Below are positions 39,762-47,673 of a DNA stretch of 47,673 nt, one piece after another. Position 1 is the stretch's first letter, and each line of letters opens with the position of its first letter. The position numbers and the translations under genes were made by a program. Location of the stretch: positions 62,001 through 109,673 of the forward strand of contig JAPEUI010000057.1 in NCBI GenBank assembly GCA_026025075.1. The letters are read 5' to 3'. The stretch is from Vezdaea acicularis (Eukaryota). The notes beneath the pieces are model-generated. The model was not told where the DNA came from. It saw nothing but the letters and a program-made list of their open reading frames with translations, and did no database searches.

Positions 39762-40029
39762 TTGCGCTTTAAGCGTTTCAAACGCTTGAAGCGCTTATAG
39801 GAGTACTCCAGCGAACTCAATGAGAAGCCGGCTGCCTGGAGCTTGAAGCGCTGAAAGCACTTCAAGCATCTTGAAAGCGCCCCAGCGAGCCCAGGGCACA
39901 GCCGATTGCTTTGGGCTTCAAGCGCTTGCTGCAGCATCTGGGCAAGCCCGGAGCAAAGCCGACCGCCCCAGGCTTCAAGCGCTTCAAGCGCTTGAAGTAG
40001 CGCACTAGCGAGCCCGGAGCAAAGCCAGC
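39762..40029 (-). repeat. Inverted copy of the 66-bp array (right arm of element B)
   Basis: GCTTCAAGCGCTTCAAGCGCTTG-type cores near 39765-39797, 39841-39868, 39915-39928 and 39972-39996, with reverse-complement linkers. Confidence 0.88.
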
Positions 40030-40440
40030 TGTAATGACTGTATTAGCCCCTAGCTTCTATCAAGTCTTTTGGGATGAATAAGGGGTAAGGAGGCTAGCTT
40101 TGCTTCAGCTTCGCTTCTGCTTCGCCTAGCTCTCTAGCACCTAGCATAAGGCCAGGTGGTTCTTAGATCACCTGACATAGACGAGATAGATATTAGAGCT
40201 GCCGCTTCCTTTAAAATAGCTCTTCAGCAATCAACTTATCTATTCATCTGAATAACTAGTAGGAAGGCATCCTCGCTTTGCTTCGTCTGACCTTTCTTCT
40301 ATCTTGCCTTGCCTCGTCTTGCCTTGCTCCAGCTACTATTGCTGCACCTAGTTTTTGTCTGCAAGTTCTTGAGTTTTTGGGAGTTAGCCCACACGCCTAC
40401 AGCCCCTTGCTCCCTGACAAAGCATTGGCCTGTCCTTACA
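40030..40440 (+). mobile_element. Degenerate LTR (probably the 5' LTR of an older retroelement)
   Basis: Starts TGTAA and ends TTACA (perfect 5-bp inverted ends), with a TATA-like TTTAAAA near 40210 and TpA-rich sequence. It begins exactly where element B's right arm is cut. Flanks CCAGC and GTTGA differ, so it is not a clean solo LTR. Confidence 0.65.
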
Positions 40441-40579
40441 GTTGAGTATCAACATTGAAGTCTAAATAGTCTTATCAAAGATAGAAGATGAGAAATTCCA
40501 TGGATCCAAGTGAAAATTCATCCAATACATGCGAAAAGAACATCAATATCAACTGGAGCAGGTCACTAGAGAGATATAT

Positions 40580-40695
40580 TATAAGAACGCGGTGGCATCT
40601 GCTTAAGGCGTGCCGGCGCATCCTAGACGGCTATTCTTGCTTAGTCACTGGCAGCGCTCAAGGGCGCTTAGTCAACACGCTTCTGACATATATAT
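40580..40695 (+). mobile_element. Possible U3 fragment of a second LTR, interrupted at its TATA box by the chromovirus
   Basis: Abrupt composition shift at TATAAG (possibly mutated TGTAAG), two GCTTAGTCA motifs, and an ATATATAT end directly before the next LTR. Confidence 0.4.
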
Positions 40696-41072
40696 TGTTA
40701 TGGGACACGAGGTAGGGGGCGTCTGGGCAGGAGGAAGCATTGCCCGGACATAGGGGCTAAAGGGTAGTGGCATCGCCCGGACATAGGGGCTAAAGGGTAG
40801 TGGCATCTGGACGCAAGGATAAGGAGCGATCATATGGCGTCTACTAATAGGGGCAGCGCTTGTACGTCATGCGACTGCCCTAGGACGGACAGCGCCTGCC
40901 GCAACTAGCAGCGCTGTCTTGTCCAGGCAGCCACAACCGGATATCCTTTGCCCTATATATATAGATGAACCCCCTAGCTAGATGAATGGAACAACTTCTT
41001 CATAAACACCGTTTACTGACAGGCCGCCCCGTGCCCTGACATATCGATGCCAGGACGCCCCGTGTCCTGACA
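40696..41072 (+). repeat. 5' LTR of the chromovirus (377 bp)
   Basis: TGTTATGGGACACG ... CGTGTCCTGACA imperfect inverted ends, TATATATATA box at ~40954-40963, followed by TATTGGTAGC. Confidence 0.85.
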
Positions 41073-41075
41073 TAT

Positions 41076-41088
41076 TGGTAGCAACACC
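41076..41088 (+). promoter_or_regulatory. Primer-binding site (TGGTAGCAACACC)
   Basis: TGG starts 3 nt after the LTR-terminal CA, as expected for pairing with a tRNA CCA end. Cognate tRNA not identified. Confidence 0.6.
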
Positions 41089-41408
41089 GTATCGCTTTGC
41101 ATATAACAAAGCGTTCGGTCAACCCAGACGGCAAAGACGTTTCGTCGTGTCCGTTAAGCATATAAGCCTTGTGGGACGTATAGCCCCTGGGATAGGCATA
41201 TAGGCTTGTTGCGTGGGTATCATACTCACCTCAACACGAAGCATATAAGTTCTGTGGGGACGTTCAGTCCCTGAATGAGCATATAGGCTCCGTGTCCTGA
41301 GCAGCGTTGTGTTTTTCGGGAAACTCTTAGAACAAGAGCTGTCCTAGCCTTATTATACTAGCTAAGCAACTCTATCTGGACAGGTCTAACTCTGCTATCC
41401 TCTTATCG

Positions 41409-43409
41409 ATGTCCTCAGACAGCCGGGCAGCCAGACTAGAAAACAGGAATCGACTGTCCAAAGAAGGCAAAACGGGTCGAAGGGATTTGAATAAGAATAT
41501 ACACGCGTCATCCCTAGATTTCAGCGAACCTTCTCCCGATCCCCTTACCCTAGAGGACGCAACCCGTCCTGACACCTCTCCGACATCGTTACTTCCGAGC
41601 TCACATAATACATCCATTGAGCCGTCACTTATGGCAACCTCCTCTGCAACTATACACACCGGTTCAAGAGATCTGGCTATGCCAGAGGACAGCGTAGTCC
41701 CAACTATAGAAGGAGATCCATCAGCTGTCCGGGCGGCCATAGGACGTAAGGATAAGGGCGGAGATAACTCCCTCACATACGAGAGGGATAGAAACGCCGA
41801 TCGAGACATGCGGGTACGACAGGATGACGGCTTGACCTATACCAAAACACAATGGAAGAAGGATGCTATGTTCCTTCAGATCGCCATTCAGGCTATAGAA
41901 AAGGAGGACGGGTACGAGGACTACTCGGAAGACTGGACAAACAGCGACAAAGTCAGCATCAACGCGTTAGCAAGGACGCTGGACAGCGCCAAGCGGGAGG
42001 AATACCAGGACTTAGCTCTAAAGAAGATGGCCTCGACCTTTAACCCCTTATCAAACCGAAACGCCTTTTGCGCACTGATAAGACAATACCGCAAGGGGCC
42101 ATCCTTAATGACTGACCCTGAGGCGCCTGAGAAGCCAGCCTCCAAAAGAAGAGATCATCAACGCTCGGACAGCAACGACCGATACAATGATCAGTACCAA
42201 CGACCCCCAAGGAGTCCTAGACGATCCCGACAAATCACTCGGGACAGAAGCATGTCGAGGGACCGTAGAGAGTTAGACAAGGCAGAGGAGGCGGCCAGAC
42301 GAATCAGGGAGCGAATGTCCAGGAGACGTTATACTCGCAATGACGATAATCAAAGCGAAAGAAGCCGGTCCTCAGGCCGCGACAGGTCAGACAGACGGCG
42401 ACAGACCCGAGATAGCTCAAGACGATACCGCGACGAAGTTGACGAGGACGATGATGATATGCTGTCTCGACGAAGGACGAAGGTGACCCCATCGGATATC
42501 GGAAAATTCGATCCACAGAAGGGACCCGTGTCCGTCTTCATCAAGCGTATAGAGCAGCTCGTTGAGATCTTCGGAAAAGAGACGGTCCTTATGCAACTTC
42601 CCCTGTGCTTACAAGGAGAAGCGTTGGAATGGCACACTAGCCTGAACCGAGCAGTGTCCCGGCAGATGCAAAGAAGCCTAAGCTCATGGATAGAGCAGCT
42701 AGAGAGACGATTCAAGGTCGACCGTTTTGAAGCCAGGGACACGGCAGACCAGCTCAAATTCCGGTTTGCTAACCAGAACAGCTTAAACCTGCGACAGTAC
42801 GTGACCAAAAAGACTAACCTCCTAGAAGAAGCAGGCATCTTTGATTCCGACGAGGTAGTTGAGCGCGTCTGGAAAGGGCTTGACCCCGTCCTAATGGCAA
42901 CTGTATCTCCCTACGAAGCCGGGAATTCCCTAGATGAATTCACGACACGCCTGTACCGACAAGAAGGCCCAGCAAAGCGTTGGTGGGAGGAGTCTTCATC
43001 AAAGCAAGGGGCTGCGTCAGGCCAAGCCCGAACACGCTCATCCGGGTATAAAGACGGCAAATATCTGACATCTTCATCAAATAGGAGCACAAAACAGGGC
43101 TCCACGGGGGCAATGATTCAGCAGGGTAGGTTCACGGCATCTTTACAAGGTAATTCTGGCCTCAAGCCAGGGATGCGTCCATGTCGCCACTGTGGCGGAC
43201 AACACATGGACAACGTATGTCCTACCAGCAAGAAGGCTCAGCCGGTCAGAGCGTTTTACGTGGACCCGGACGATTTGGAGGAAGAAGAGAGAGAAGTCCA
43301 TCTGGACGAGGAAACGCTGGCTGCCTTTCGAAGGCTGCAGTCTACCCCTATCACCGAGGATGAGGAAAACCAGGAGCCTGCACCGGAAAACGAGTCCTCG
43401 GGTTGCTAG
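41409..43409 (+). CDS. gag: Gag polyprotein
   Basis: 666-aa ORF with capsid-like region (DIGKFDP..LPLCLQGEALEWH..LERRF) and a Zn knuckle CRHCGGQHMDNVC, directly upstream of and overlapping pol. Confidence 0.9.
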   Translation: MSSDSRAARLENRNRLSKEGKTGRRDLNKNIHASSLDFSEPSPDPLTLEDATRPDTSPTSLLPSSHNTSIEPSLMATSSATIHTGSRDLAMPEDSVVPTIEGDPSAVRAAIGRKDKGGDNSLTYERDRNADRDMRVRQDDGLTYTKTQWKKDAMFLQIAIQAIEKEDGYEDYSEDWTNSDKVSINALARTLDSAKREEYQDLALKKMASTFNPLSNRNAFCALIRQYRKGPSLMTDPEAPEKPASKRRDHQRSDSNDRYNDQYQRPPRSPRRSRQITRDRSMSRDRRELDKAEEAARRIRERMSRRRYTRNDDNQSERSRSSGRDRSDRRRQTRDSSRRYRDEVDEDDDDMLSRRRTKVTPSDIGKFDPQKGPVSVFIKRIEQLVEIFGKETVLMQLPLCLQGEALEWHTSLNRAVSRQMQRSLSSWIEQLERRFKVDRFEARDTADQLKFRFANQNSLNLRQYVTKKTNLLEEAGIFDSDEVVERVWKGLDPVLMATVSPYEAGNSLDEFTTRLYRQEGPAKRWWEESSSKQGAASGQARTRSSGYKDGKYLTSSSNRSTKQGSTGAMIQQGRFTASLQGNSGLKPGMRPCRHCGGQHMDNVCPTSKKAQPVRAFYVDPDDLEEEEREVHLDEETLAAFRRLQSTPITEDEENQEPAPENESSGC

Positions 43410-46400
43410 GTGGCTGTAACCCGGGTAAGAATAAGTCCACAACTATCAATAAGCCTTTGTCTTCTACCCATGGAAACATTTTAATCGCAGACACAGACCC
43501 CGCAGAACCCTGTTACGGGACATCCTTTGCCCTCAATAATTCGCTTGCCCAGCCGGACGAAGCCGGTATCTACCATGTCGCCTTGCCAGGAGAATCGTTC
43601 CGGGGATATACGAATGCCCGTGCCACAACTATCACGGAGACAGGGAAGCATGTGGAGTTTTGCGTGGACACCGGCTCCGCGTTATCGCTAATAGATGAGA
43701 GGATGCTGAAGGAGCATTACCCCTCACTGAAGATACGTTTTATTCCTAACCATAGAAAGATTCAAATATCGGGTATTGGCAAAGGCCCCATTACTAATAG
43801 ATATGTCATGTTGCCCTTGTCTATGCCCACGACTAGTAGCAGTCATCTTGACATACTAGGGGAAGTTCACGTTGTAGAAACCCTGACATGCCAAATTCTC
43901 ATAGGAAACAACGTCCTTCGTCCCAATATGATTGAGATCAATTGGGGAAAGGAGGGTGAAGCGGATCATCTCCGCATAGGTAGCACTAGCGTGCCCCTTA
44001 ACGCGAGACAGGAGGACGCCGATCTCAAGCGTATGCCGGTGTTTGCTTCTAAAGAATATCACCTAGCCCCTGGAACTGGACAGACGGTAGACACCATGAC
44101 CAAACACCCTCCTCCCAAGGGGGATAAGGGGTTTTTATTTGAGCCTAAAAACGTGATCGATTTGAGCACGCATTCTTGTCTTTCTAGCCCTAATGCCCTA
44201 TTGCTGTACGCAACTCAGCCATTGCCCGTCAGTAACTTCGGGTTGACCAGACAAAGGATATTGAAAGGGCAGCTCTTAGGCCATATATGCCCCTATACGG
44301 ATAGAAAGGAGTCAGCCGCCACCGTCATGGTCAATATAACTCAAGTCTTGTCCCATCCCCTGAAGGGCGATTCCCAAACAGCCTCTGCCCCCGTATCAGG
44401 AGACGGTGGCCCAACCGCCGAAAATCCTCAAACAGTACCCATCAAGACAGACGACCTGCCATATTTGATACACTATCCTAGCGAAACCAAGACGGAGGCT
44501 GACATTTCAGTCCACTGGGGCGCTGAATACAAAGCGCGTGTTAGTAACCTTATTAACACACACACCCGTCTATTCCGTCCAAACCTAGGCATGTTCAACG
44601 ATGGCGTCACCATGCCAATACCGTTTCGCGACCCCAAAGACATAGGGGGCTTGAAACAGGCCCCCTATGGCCTGTCCCGGAAAGATAAAGACGCAATGGA
44701 CAGTATCCTTGATCCACTGCTTAAGGACGGTCGCATTGTCAAGGTCCCTCTCGGCACTCCTTCTGCCGCAGCCTCACCAGCTTTTGTGGTGTGGAAGGGG
44801 GAGAAACCGCGGGTGGTAGTCGACCTCCGTAAGGTAAACACCAAGTTGTATCCGGACGCATACCCCCTGCCCAAGCAAGATCAGATCTTGGGGGCGCTAG
44901 GCGGATCCATTGTATTCTCGAGCATGGATGTCACGAAAGGCTTCTTCCAGCAACCCATTGACCCTGAAGACCAGTGGAAAACAGCTTTTGTGACCCCACA
45001 TAGGGGACATGAGCAGCTTACGGTGTCAACGATGGGATTGGCAAATTCCCCAGGATTCTTTCAACATCGGATGGAGTCTTTATTCGGAAGATTCCTCTGG
45101 CAGTTTGTTCTGGTATACGTCGACGACATCATCGTCTTTTCGCGCTCCCTGGGGGAACATTTACAGCATCTGAATCAGGTATTAGACCTATTGGAAGCTT
45201 CGGGGGTCACACTTGCCCTGGCCAAGTGCCATTTTGCATATCCCACCTTGGTAGCACTGGGACACCACGTGTCCAGACTGGGGTTAAGCACCGTCCGGGA
45301 AAAGACGGATGCAATCCGACAACTAGCGTATCCTACAGATCTACGACAACTGGAGATAGGTCTGGGTTTCTTTGGCTACTACCGCAAGTTTGTACCGGGC
45401 TACTCGGATATTGCGCAGCCGCTCCTACGCCTCAAGACGGAAGGATTTAAGGGAGGTCCAATGAAAGGCAGAGCCAGGCAAAACTACGCGGACAACCACT
45501 CCCAAGAAAGGGGAACATTCAACTTCGATGGCCCTTGCCAGGCAGCCTGGGACAAGCTGAAAGAGCGGCTATGTAACGCCCCCACGTTAGCCTTTCCAGA
45601 CTTTGCCAAGGGGTTCATTCTATACTGCGATGGCAGTAAGGAAAGGGGGTACGGGGCCGCCTTACATCAAATTGGCCCGGATCAGATCGAGCGCCCTATC
45701 CTCTTTCTGTCCAAGCAGCTTAGCGCCCCGGAACGAAATTATTGGGCGACGGAGCTTGAGGTAGGGGCGTTGGTTTGGGCCCTTAAGAAACTGCAGGCAT
45801 ATGTGGACGGGAACGATCTAACTGTCTACACGGACCACGCCGCCATACAAGGCATTTTCCAGTCGGATGGACAAGGGAAAAGGAGCAACCGGTTGAATAA
45901 TTGGGCTCTTTTCTTATCCAAATATAGGAGCAATATGACTATCATACACCGCGCAGGGAAAGTCCATAAAAACGCGGATGGGCTGTCCAGATTGCAGGCG
46001 TCTACGTTCACTACAAGCGTCCTGCAAATTGACGACCAGTTGCGGAAAGCCATAGTCAGCAACTTGGTTAAGGACAAGCACCTAAAAAGCATATACCAGG
46101 CCATAAAGACACAGGTCAAGGCAACAGAGTCAAGCAAGGACGGTCCAAAGACGACTAAAGAGGCGTTCCGTTACGATAGGGACACCGGGCTGCTATATTT
46201 CATAGACAGCGACCGGCATGAACGCCTCTGTATCCCAGAAAAGGCGCAGCCACTAATCCTTACATGGGCGCATGACAATAGGTCTCATCCGGGCGCCAAC
46301 CGTACCTATGACTTCCTGAGGCAAAACGTCTATATGCCCCGGATGAAAAGAATTGTCGCTCGATATGTCCAAGGATGTCCGTCTTGCTCGGTCAGTAAAC

Positions 46401-47518
46401 CGTCCAGACATCCCCCCTATGGTGACCTGCATCCAATCCAGTCGCCACCAATGCCGTTTGCAGTACAGACCATGGACTTCGTGGGCAGCTTGCCACCATC
46501 GTCTAGAGGTAGTACGGCCATCCTCACGGTCACAGACAAATTTAGCAAGGCTATAAAGCTGGTGCCAGGACGAGACACGTTCACCGTCGTCGAATGGGCA
46601 GAAGCGTACTTTCGCCTTGTCTATAAGGATTGGGGAGCCCCTCAGGTCATAATATCAGACCGAGACGCCAAGTTCACCAGCTACTTCTGGAAGGCGTTGT
46701 TTAAAAGGGCCAGTACGCGTTTGGCCATGACTACGGCTTATCATCCGGCTTCAGACGGCCAATCCGAAAGAACAAATCAAACCGTCGAAATTGCTTTACG
46801 CTGCTTGCTGGCAGGCCTGGAGACAAAGTCGGGCTGGGAAGACATCCTTCCGGACGTAGAGTTTAGCATCAATACATCAGCAAACGTCACCACCGGGTCA
46901 ACACCCTTTGAGTTACTCTATGGTGTTGAAGCACGGACGGCGTTCTCTCCCCCTACGAGTATGAATGCTGGCGCCGACTCTTTTGTCGAGAACAGAGTAC
47001 AGATACGACAGGACGCGGCGGACGCTATGCGGATGGCACAGACTCGAATGAAGGTGTACTTTGACTCGAAGCACGCCCCAGTGACCCTGACCGGATCAGT
47101 GTACTTGCGTCTGGCCACTGGCATAAAGAAGGGATACAGGCTGGCCGGGGCAAGCAAGCTGTCTCCAGTCAAGATGGGTCCTTTCCGGATCAAGAGCAGG
47201 GTTGGAGATCTAGCTTATGAGATCGAGTTGCCACCCGATCTTCAGGATATCCATCCAGTAATATCAGTCGCGCACCTAGAGCAAGCGCCCGACGATTCAT
47301 TGACCGGGGACAGACGACTTCCGCCTCCCGGACCCCTTTTGATTGACGGGCATGAGGAATGGGTCGTCGAGAAGATATTGGGACAGGAACAACGGGGGGG
47401 GAAGAGTTTCTACAAGGTAAAATGGGACGGATACAGCAATCCAACCTGGGAACCGGCAGAGGACATTGCGACAGACGTCCCACGGCTGGTCCGCAGGTTT
47501 GAAAGGACACAGCGTTAG
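43364..47518 (+). CDS. pol: Pol polyprotein (protease, RT, RNase H, integrase, chromodomain), -1 frame relative to gag
   Basis: VDTGSA (PR); YPLP, KTAF and YVDD (RT); YCDGS, TELE and YTDH (RH); H-x4-H..CPSC, MDF, ISDRD and GQSER (IN); EEWVVEKIL..YKVKWDGYSNPTWEP (chromo). The frame opens after TGA 43361-43363 and has no early ATG. Confidence 0.96.
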   Translation, partial: GKPGACTGKRVLGLLGGCNPGKNKSTTINKPLSSTHGNILIADTDPAEPCYGTSFALNNSLAQPDEAGIYHVALPGESFRGYTNARATTITETGKHVEFCVDTGSALSLIDERMLKEHYPSLKIRFIPNHRKIQISGIGKGPITNRYVMLPLSMPTTSSSHLDILGEVHVVETLTCQILIGNNVLRPNMIEINWGKEGEADHLRIGSTSVPLNARQEDADLKRMPVFASKEYHLAPGTGQTVDTMTKHPPPKGDKGFLFEPKNVIDLSTHSCLSSPNALLLYATQPLPVSNFGLTRQRILKGQLLGHICPYTDRKESAATVMVNITQVLSHPLKGDSQTASAPVSGDGGPTAENPQTVPIKTDDLPYLIHYPSETKTEADISVHWGAEYKARVSNLINTHTRLFRPNLGMFNDGVTMPIPFRDPKDIGGLKQAPYGLSRKDKDAMDSILDPLLKDGRIVKVPLGTPSAAASPAFVVWKGEKPRVVVDLRKVNTKLYPDAYPLPKQDQILGALGGSIVFSSMDVTKGFFQQPIDPEDQWKTAFVTPHRGHEQLTVSTMGLANSPGFFQHRMESLFGRFLWQFVLVYVDDIIVFSRSLGEHLQHLNQVLDLLEASGVTLALAKCHFAYPTLVALGHHVSRLGLSTVREKTDAIRQLAYPTDLRQLEIGLGFFGYYRKFVPGYSDIAQPLLRLKTEGFKGGPMKGRARQNYADNHSQERGTFNFDGPCQAAWDKLKERLCNAPTLAFPDFAKGFILYCDGSKERGYGAALHQIGPDQIERPILFLSKQLSAPERNYWATELEVGALVWALKKLQAYVDGNDLTVYTDHAAIQGIFQSDGQGKRSNRLNNWALFLSKYRSNMTIIHRAGKVHKNADGLSRLQASTFTTSVLQIDDQLRKAIVSNLVKDKHLKSIYQAIKTQVKATESSKDGPKTTKEAFRYDRDTGLLYFIDSDRHERLCIPEKAQPLILTWAHDNRSHPGANRTYDFLRQNVYMPRMKRIVARYVQGCPSCSVSKPSRHPPYGDLHPIQSPPMPFAVQTMDFVGSLPPSSRGSTAILTVTDKFSKAIKLVPGRDTFTVVEWAEAYFRLVYKDWGAPQVIISDRDAKFTSYFWKALFKRASTRLAMTTAYHPASDGQSERTNQTVEIALRCLLAGLETKSGWEDILPDVEFSINTSANVTTGSTPFELLYGVEARTAFSPPTSMNAGADSFVENRVQIRQDAADAMRMAQTRMKVYFDSKHAPVTLTGSVYLRLATGIKKGYRLAGASKLSPVKMGPFRIKSRVGDLAYEIELPPDLQDIHPVISVAHLEQAPDDSLTGDRRLPPPGPLLIDGHEEWVVEKILGQEQRGGKSFYKVKWDGYSNPTWEPAEDIATDVPRLVRRFERTQR
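43385..43440 (+). promoter_or_regulatory. -1 programmed ribosomal frameshift signal (G GAA AAC + probable pseudoknot)
   Basis: Heptamer 43385-43391 in the gag frame, 5-nt spacer, stem CUCGGGUUGC/GUAACCCGGG, and loop GUGG complementary to CCAC at 43437-43440. Confidence 0.8.
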
Positions 47519-47673
47519 CTGTGTCTTGTCACATCGCGCAATTAAGGGGGTATTATTTTGATATAGTTACCCCTATATTCAAACTAGCTACCGAAATCGC
47601 TTATTTAGATCGCTAAATCAATTCTAGCTGAGCTGCAACCTCGCCTCACCTCATCTCGCTCTGCTTCACCTCA

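Larger units (their letters stand above)
38606..40029. mobile_element. Element B: non-autonomous foldback-type element with long internally repetitive inverted arms and an AT-rich core; right arm truncated by LTR insertion
   Basis: The reverse complement of ~39912-40030 aligns with ~38856-38975 (AGCTGGCTT.GCTCCGGGCTCGCT...GCGCTACTTCAAGCGCTTGAAGCGCTTGAAGCCTGGGGCGG). The left terminus is homologous to element A. No coding capacity. Confidence 0.8.
40696..47673 (+). mobile_element. Ty3/Gypsy LTR retrotransposon (chromovirus), apparently intact; 3' LTR outside the window
   Basis: 5' LTR, PBS, uninterrupted gag and pol, domain order PR-RT-RH-IN-chromodomain. Confidence 0.96.

Noticed and set aside
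31260..40029. Starship element
   Set aside because: No tyrosine-recombinase captain or recognisable Starship auxiliary gene is visible. It cannot be excluded that this is the distal end of one.
40030..40440. Solo LTR, or a Tf1-type self-priming PBS (GTTGAG vs TCAAC near 40231)
   Set aside because: The flanking 5-mers differ, so there is no TSD, and the self-priming complementarity is only about 6 nt.

Overview
Genomic DNA from a filamentous ascomycete (Pezizomycotina-type genes with short GT-AG introns and CTRAC branch points). 1-31 kb is gene-dense core genome: the 3' end of TIM21, an NDT80/PhoG transcription factor with a ~7 kb gene-free upstream region, PDB1, ERG6, SLT11, PGI1, an uncharacterised membrane protein, mitochondrial S21, SNU71, a protein with about eleven 14-aa R/D/E repeats, and a RING-H2 ligase. 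From ~31.3 kb the sequence becomes accessory or repeat-rich. It holds a pseudogenised NLR-like N-terminal domain plus ankyrin gene, then two related unclassified elements (A at 34361, B at 38606). Both start with a homologous hairpin-rich terminus followed by 64-66 bp arrays built on the palindrome RAGCGCT-T(C/G)A-AGCGCTY. B has these arrays as long inverted arms around a very AT-rich core. A is followed by decayed spliced genes. The 15-nt loop of the main terminal hairpin is inverted (flip/flop) between A and B. B's right arm is cut by a nest of LTR elements ending in an apparently intact Ty3/Gypsy chromovirus (5' LTR, PBS, gag, -1 frameshift pseudoknot, pol with chromodomain) that runs off the window. 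The A/B element family is the best candidate for something undescribed. All calls come from reading the sequence by eye; no searches were run.
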